Part shown: positions 39,124 to 42,748 of the stretch, one piece after another
Layout of the letters: the number at the start of each line of letters is the position of its first letter
How positions within the stretch are numbered: position 1 is the stretch's first letter
DNA from: a virus
Reading direction: 5' to 3' (one strand)
Length of the DNA: 42,748 nt
IMG/VR virus record: IMGVR_UViG_3300013383_000009
Span: 1-42,748 of that record
Translations under genes and position numbers: made by a program
The notes under the pieces: generated by a model
The model's input: the letters and a program-made list of their open reading frames with translations, nothing else
What the model was told of the DNA's origin: nothing
The model's database searches: none

Positions 39124-39759
39124 CTACCATCGCATAAACTCCGCCAGGCTATTGTCCGGCTTATTTTCCTTGGGATCGGCAGGCTTTGCCCATCTTTCCC
39201 ACTTTTCGGCATTTCGGCAAGCCGCTTTCCAGTCTTTCATGGGGGTCTTGCCAACCATCCAGCCCTTCGACGCGTAGAAGTCAATAAATTCCTGCGGGTC
39301 TACCGGAGAATGGCGTTCAGCCACATAGGACTGCACCTCTGCCAAGGTGGGCGGGGTAAAGCGCTTCGCGCGTATATCACCCTTGCTATCGTTAGATAGC
39401 TGGGCATTGGTTTTGGTTTCGGTTTTGGTTTCGGTATTGCCATTTTTGCCATTAGCAACTATGGCTTTGCTATTTTTGCCATTAGCAAAAATGCGTTTGC
39501 CATTTTGCCATCTTGCGGCGGCTCCGGCCTTGCCCGACTCGCGCCGGGTGGTAGAAATGTCGTCATAGCTCGCCTTAAACCGATCCTCCTGCGCCATTAC
39601 GCGCTTGGCATAAAATCTCTCATTGCCACAGAGCGCCAACTGCTCTCCCGTCATGCTGTATACCAGCAATGCCCGCGTTAGCCGCCCGAACTCTGCATCG
39701 TTGAGTGCTTCCATCTCCTCTAAATAGTCATAAGGGAGTGCAGCATAGTTTCTTGCCAT
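39124..39759 (-). CDS. Putative replication initiation / replisome organizer protein
   Basis: 211 aa upstream of... and adjacent to SSB in the replication block, containing iteron-like DNA repeats. The functional call rests on position. Confidence 0.6.
   Translation of the reverse strand: MARNYAALPYDYLEEMEALNDAEFGRLTRALLVYSMTGEQLALCGNERFYAKRVMAQEDRFKASYDDISTTRRESGKAGAAARWQNGKRIFANGKNSKAIVANGKNGNTETKTETKTNAQLSNDSKGDIRAKRFTPPTLAEVQSYVAERHSPVDPQEFIDFYASKGWMVGKTPMKDWKAACRNAEKWERWAKPADPKENKPDNSLAEFMRW
39437..39512. repeat. Iteron-like repeats (TTGCCATT x4 plus one variant; 17-bp repeat x2 with 30-bp period)
   Basis: ttgccatt occurs at 39437, 39446, 39476 and 39497, with ttgccatc at 39505. atttttgccattagcaa occurs at 39442-39458 and 39472-39488. 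A 12-bp tandem ggttttggtttc x2 lies at 39409-39432. Confidence 0.6.
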
Positions 39760-39771
39760 CGTGACACCACC

Positions 39772-40170
39772 TTAAAACGGAATGTCGCCGTCATCCTCCA
39801 GCAACTCCTCAAAGGTCTGCGCAGGGGGCTTGTCCGCCGGGGTGTCATCGCGCTTGCTGTCCGCAAAATACAAATGGTCGGCCTCGATCTCTGTTGCGGT
39901 GCGCTTGTTTCCGTCCTTGTCCGTCCATTTGCGGGTCTGCAGATGACCATCTACGATGATCTGTCTGCCCTGCGCGAGGTACTTCGCGGCAAACTCGGCG
40001 GCACCCCGCCAGGCAACGATCTCAAACCAGTCCGTGATCTTCTCGCCGGACTGGGACTTGAAATCCCGGTCGCAGGCAATGGAAAAGCTGGTCACGGCCA
40101 CGCCGTTCGGTGTCTGCTTCAGCTCCGGTGTTTTGCCGATCCTTCCCGCAATGGTTACTCTGTTTAACAT
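39772..40170 (-). CDS. ssb: Single-stranded DNA-binding protein
   Basis: OB-fold N-terminus MLNRVTIAGRIGKTPELKQTPNG and acidic tail DDGDIPF. Confidence 0.93.
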   Translation of the reverse strand: MLNRVTIAGRIGKTPELKQTPNGVAVTSFSIACDRDFKSQSGEKITDWFEIVAWRGAAEFAAKYLAQGRQIIVDGHLQTRKWTDKDGNKRTATEIEADHLYFADSKRDDTPADKPPAQTFEELLEDDGDIPF

Positions 40171-40466
40171 TCTTCGTCCTCCTGTTCTGCAAGGTAGTTT
40201 TTGCCAAACTCCTTTATAAAGTCTTCTTCCGTCCAGCCCTGCTCCCGCATGGCTTTTAATTGGCCGTAGCGCTTTAACCGGCGCATTTGGCCATCGTTTT
40301 TGTGTACTGCCGTCTTAGCAAAGATGTGGCATCGGTTATGGCACAGGTACACAACAAGGCCGTATTTCTCGCTCTTCCTGCGATAGGGACCGGGGAATAT
40401 GTGGTGAAGATCCAGCGGATCCTGTGCGCCGTTTCTGCCGCACAAAAAGCATCTGCGATTATCCAA
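40164..40466 (-). CDS. HNH-like zinc-binding protein
   Basis: CFLCG...LHHIF...LCHNRCH. Confidence 0.6.
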   Translation of the reverse strand: MDNRRCFLCGRNGAQDPLDLHHIFPGPYRRKSEKYGLVVYLCHNRCHIFAKTAVHKNDGQMRRLKRYGQLKAMREQGWTEEDFIKEFGKNYLAEQEDEEC

Positions 40467-41010
40467 TGGCCTGTGCCTCCCCCCATCTTGATTTCAGTGC
40501 GTCCAGCTGCTGGGGCGTCATGGTCTCGATGCCGTTCTCTTTGCAGTCCTGCACTACCAGGTCAACGAGCCGTGACATCTGCGCCGTGTCGTAGTCGCTG
40601 GAGGATATGAAAGAGCGGATATTGTGGTAGCCCTTAATATTACGGCACGGCCCCAAGTCCTCGATCATGCGGCCTATATGCCCACTGCACCATACTCTCT
40701 CCCATGCGTCTATCCGGTCTTCCCGCACCGGCACGATCTCATAATTCCCGCCTATATCCGGGATGTAAGCCCGATATATGCCCTCGGGACTGATTTGCAG
40801 CTTATCAGCCAGCCTGCCCACCAGCACCCAAAAATAAGCATTGGCATCCAGGCTCCGGCCCTTGCGCTTGATTTGCGCCACATACTCCTTGCCGGGTTGC
40901 AACTCGTCGCAAACGTCCATCGCGGATTGGGGAGATTGCACCCGCAGGCACAGCCACGCACCTTCGCTGTCCTGCTGCCACCGGGCGGCGGTCACATTAA
41001 CCTGCTGCAT
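40459..41010 (-). CDS. NinB/Orf-like recombination mediator
   Basis: RSLDANAYFWVLVGRLA and C-terminal LDALKSRWGEA parallel lambda NinB (RSLDQN..LWA.LGD, ...WKARWG). Confidence 0.65.
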   Translation of the reverse strand: MQQVNVTAARWQQDSEGAWLCLRVQSPQSAMDVCDELQPGKEYVAQIKRKGRSLDANAYFWVLVGRLADKLQISPEGIYRAYIPDIGGNYEIVPVREDRIDAWERVWCSGHIGRMIEDLGPCRNIKGYHNIRSFISSSDYDTAQMSRLVDLVVQDCKENGIETMTPQQLDALKSRWGEAQAIG

Positions 41011-41584
41011 CGCGCTCCGCCTTTACCTCGCGCATACATGCCACGCAGAGCGGGGCGTTGTAATGCCGCTTCGCGTACTGAACAATATCCTTTGCAGGCC
41101 ACGGCGCACCGGATTTTTTGGTGGAAGCCGTGATCTCCTCGCCGCATCGGTCGCACATGATGGGCGCGTTACGCTCCTTGTCGTCCAGCTCTGCGGAGGC
41201 GATCTTGTCGGGGTCCTCGCCTGTCGGCAGTGCAAACGTGCGCAGCCACATGTACTTGAACGCATAGGTCATGGCCTTGCCGCTGCCCTTGTCCTGTGTG
41301 TCTGCCCCGTCTCCGCAAGACGCAATCTCTATGTACTCCTCCGGGGCCTCTACATTGACCATCCGGTACATCACATCCACATGGGTGATGTTGCCGGTGC
41401 GGTTGGCCGTCTGCATAATGGGGTACACCACCAAGCCGTGCTTTAGCATTTCCCCCCGCATGATCGCGGTTACCTTCTCCTCGCTTAATGCCTTATATTT
41501 GGTGTTACCAAACTCCACATGATCGTCCTTAGCCAAATACTGCACGTCCCGCATAATGGACGATATCTTCTCGTAGATGTTCAA
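40997..41584 (-). CDS. erf: Erf-family single-strand annealing protein with C-terminal zinc ribbon
   Basis: MNIYEKISSIMRDVQYLAKD...GNTKYKALSEEKV...GKAMTYAFKYMWLRTF matches the Erf pattern. C-terminal CDRCG...CVAC. Confidence 0.8.
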   Translation of the reverse strand: MNIYEKISSIMRDVQYLAKDDHVEFGNTKYKALSEEKVTAIMRGEMLKHGLVVYPIMQTANRTGNITHVDVMYRMVNVEAPEEYIEIASCGDGADTQDKGSGKAMTYAFKYMWLRTFALPTGEDPDKIASAELDDKERNAPIMCDRCGEEITASTKKSGAPWPAKDIVQYAKRHYNAPLCVACMREVKAERDAAG

Positions 41585-41778
41585 ATTTCGTCCTCCTCAA
41601 TTTTTAGTGGGCAATACATCCCCGCGCCCTTGGTGTCGGGCAGGTACTCCCCCGTGCGTCGGCACTGATTGCGGGAGTATGTCTCCAGCAGTGGGCATAG
41701 GGCGCAGCAAACTTTCCCCTCCGGGAAAAATATCTCCACGGTGGCCTTGGTGTACCACCTTACGCCGCTCTCGCTCAT
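41581..41778 (-). CDS. Small Cys-rich protein
   Basis: ATG (MSESGVRWY...) overlaps the upstream stop. Confidence 0.55.
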   Translation of the reverse strand: MSESGVRWYTKATVEIFFPEGKVCCALCPLLETYSRNQCRRTGEYLPDTKGAGMYCPLKIEEDEI

Positions 41779-41975
41779 TCCCAATCGTCCTCCTCTACAT
41801 ACTCCTCGTTGTCGCCGACGCACTCGCCACAAAGCCAAATGCCCTTGTAGTGCAGCGCGATGTTATCCATGATTCGGCAGCCGCAGCAGTCACACACGGG
41901 CCGATTGGCCAGGCGGTTATCCTGCTCTTCTGCGTAGCACTCCGCATCCCATGCGGGGTCAATCGTCCTTTGCAT
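41775..41975 (-). CDS. Small zinc-ribbon protein
   Basis: ATG (MQRTIDPAWD...) 6 nt after AAGGAGG. Contains CDCCGC...CGEC. Confidence 0.6.
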   Translation of the reverse strand: MQRTIDPAWDAECYAEEQDNRLANRPVCDCCGCRIMDNIALHYKGIWLCGECVGDNEEYVEEDDWE

Positions 41976-42237
41976 CGCCTGCCTCCTTAGTCCATACATC
42001 CCGAGTAACTCGCGTGATCTCCGGGATGCCGCCCCGGTACATGGCCTGCAGCACTACGTCCGCGCCGGTGCCGCAAACAACAATCTCCGATTCCGTGATT
42101 GCCTTATAGCCCCCTAACGTCATATCGGCGTTTTTGCCGCATAACGTATCCCCGATTGCCACGAGCGGGACGGATGACCGAAACACATGCCGGATACCGC
42201 ACCATTCTGCCGTTGCAACATAATAATGTCCAATCAT
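41959..42237 (-). CDS. Hypothetical protein
   Basis: ATG (MIGHYYVATAEW...) overlaps the stop of the repeat protein by 1 nt. Confidence 0.6.
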   Translation of the reverse strand: MIGHYYVATAEWCGIRHVFRSSVPLVAIGDTLCGKNADMTLGGYKAITESEIVVCGTGADVVLQAMYRGGIPEITRVTRDVWTKEAGDAKDD

Positions 42238-42748
42238 CACTCCGCCTCCACGATCTTGCCGCCCCGCATGGTATACCAAGTGTCGGCCTTGATGGTATCG
42301 CCGTCCACCTTTTCCATCACCGCGTTAATTATGTTGCCGAGCTCGTCATGCTCGGTAACCACAATCCACGTACCGATCTTACCCCGGGCGCGGCTGTTGA
42401 TCCCCCACGCTACGGCGATGCACTGATTGCCATCTGCTGACGCGGTGCCAAACGCGCCGGATGCAACAGCCGTGCCCATCGAACCGGACGCGGCGGCGTT
42501 GCCCATCAAACCGGACGCAGCGGCGTTGCCACTCTCACCGGACGCGGCGGCGTTGCCCATCAAACCGGACACGGCGGCGTTGCCCTTCCAACCGGACGCG
42601 GCGGCGTTGCCCTTCCAACCGGACGCAGCGGCGTTGCCCAGCGAACCGGACGCGGCGGCGTTGCCCTTCCAACCGGACGCGGCGGCGTTGCCCATCACGC
42701 CGGACGCGGCGGCGTTGCCCATCCAACCGGACGCAGCGGCGTTGCCCC
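42237..42748 (-). CDS. C-terminal part of the junction-spanning repeat protein (continues from 419..1)
   Basis: The frame is open to the window end. GNAAASGxx repeats are followed by the globular tail ...IAVAWGINSRARGKIGTWIVVTEHDELGNIINAVMEKVDGDTIKADTWYTMRGGKIVEAE. Confidence 0.85.
   Translation of the reverse strand, partial: GNAAASGWMGNAAASGVMGNAAASGWKGNAAASGSLGNAAASGWKGNAAASGWKGNAAVSGLMGNAAASGESGNAAASGLMGNAAASGSMGTAVASGAFGTASADGNQCIAVAWGINSRARGKIGTWIVVTEHDELGNIINAVMEKVDGDTIKADTWYTMRGGKIVEAE
42477..42748 (-). repeat. In-frame 27-bp tandem repeat array (10 units here) encoding 9-aa units GNAAASGxx
   Basis: Units of the form cNNNNNaccggacgc[g/a]gcggcgttgcc recur every 27 nt. The translation is GNAAASG plus 2 variable residues. 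Confidence 0.95.
42697..42748. repeat. Terminal direct repeat, identical to 1-52
   Basis: Same 52-mer as the window start. Confidence 0.95.

Noticed and set aside
42477-42748. Regular 27-bp repeats at the window ends could be mistaken for a CRISPR array.
   Set aside because: The units are directly adjacent with no spacers. They are in frame within a continuous ORF and encode a 9-aa peptide repeat.

Overview
The window is a complete, circularly closed genome of a temperate siphovirus-type tailed phage. Bases 1-52 are identical to 42697-42748, so the non-redundant length is about 42,696 bp. Almost all real genes are on the minus strand; the long plus-strand ORFs are antisense shadows.

Gene order in the direction of transcription (descending coordinates, wrapping through the ends):
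- Cro-like early operon (955 down to 436).
- A repeat-rich early gene that spans the circular junction (419..1 joined to 42748..42237).
- Recombination and replication genes: Erf, NinB-like, HNH-like, SSB, and a replisome organizer with internal iterons.
- A 561-aa C5 cytosine methyltransferase, RusA, a PP-loop/PAPS-reductase-like protein and several Cys-rich small proteins.
- A secreted 3D-domain protein and a RinA/ArpU-like late activator.
- A roughly 690-nt ORF-free structured region with an embedded tRNA-like module, then a Rha regulator.
- TerS, TerL and portal.
- An accessory island: two MGGRG-start proteins, two tandem tRNA-like elements, a DUF4417-like protein, a MuF-like protein with an extra C-terminal domain, and YjcQ.
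- Scaffold, an HK97-type capsid with an Ig-like tail, connectors, major tail protein, chaperones and tape measure.
- Tail tip and fibre genes: DUF859-like, collagen-like, and a fibre carrying a CX5R phosphatase-like domain.
- Lysis cassette: XhlA-like protein, holin, and amidase with SPOR domain.
- A terminator-insulated moron cluster (4555-7060).

The lysogeny module (987-4406) is mixed-strand. It holds XRE-type HTH genes, a tyrosine integrase and an attP core that looks like the 3' half of a tRNA.

Most interesting signals:
1. The large structured non-coding region at 31390-32073.
2. Three tRNA-like elements with canonical acceptor, D and T arms but non-canonical anticodon regions.
3. A self-contained small-RNA cassette in the genetic switch. 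Its main hairpin recurs in inverted orientation 1.4 kb away with compensatory stem changes and an identical loop.
4. A tail fibre with a protein-tyrosine-phosphatase-type active site.
5. A possible spore-surface-like moron cluster.

All functional names come from reading motifs by eye. No database search was run.
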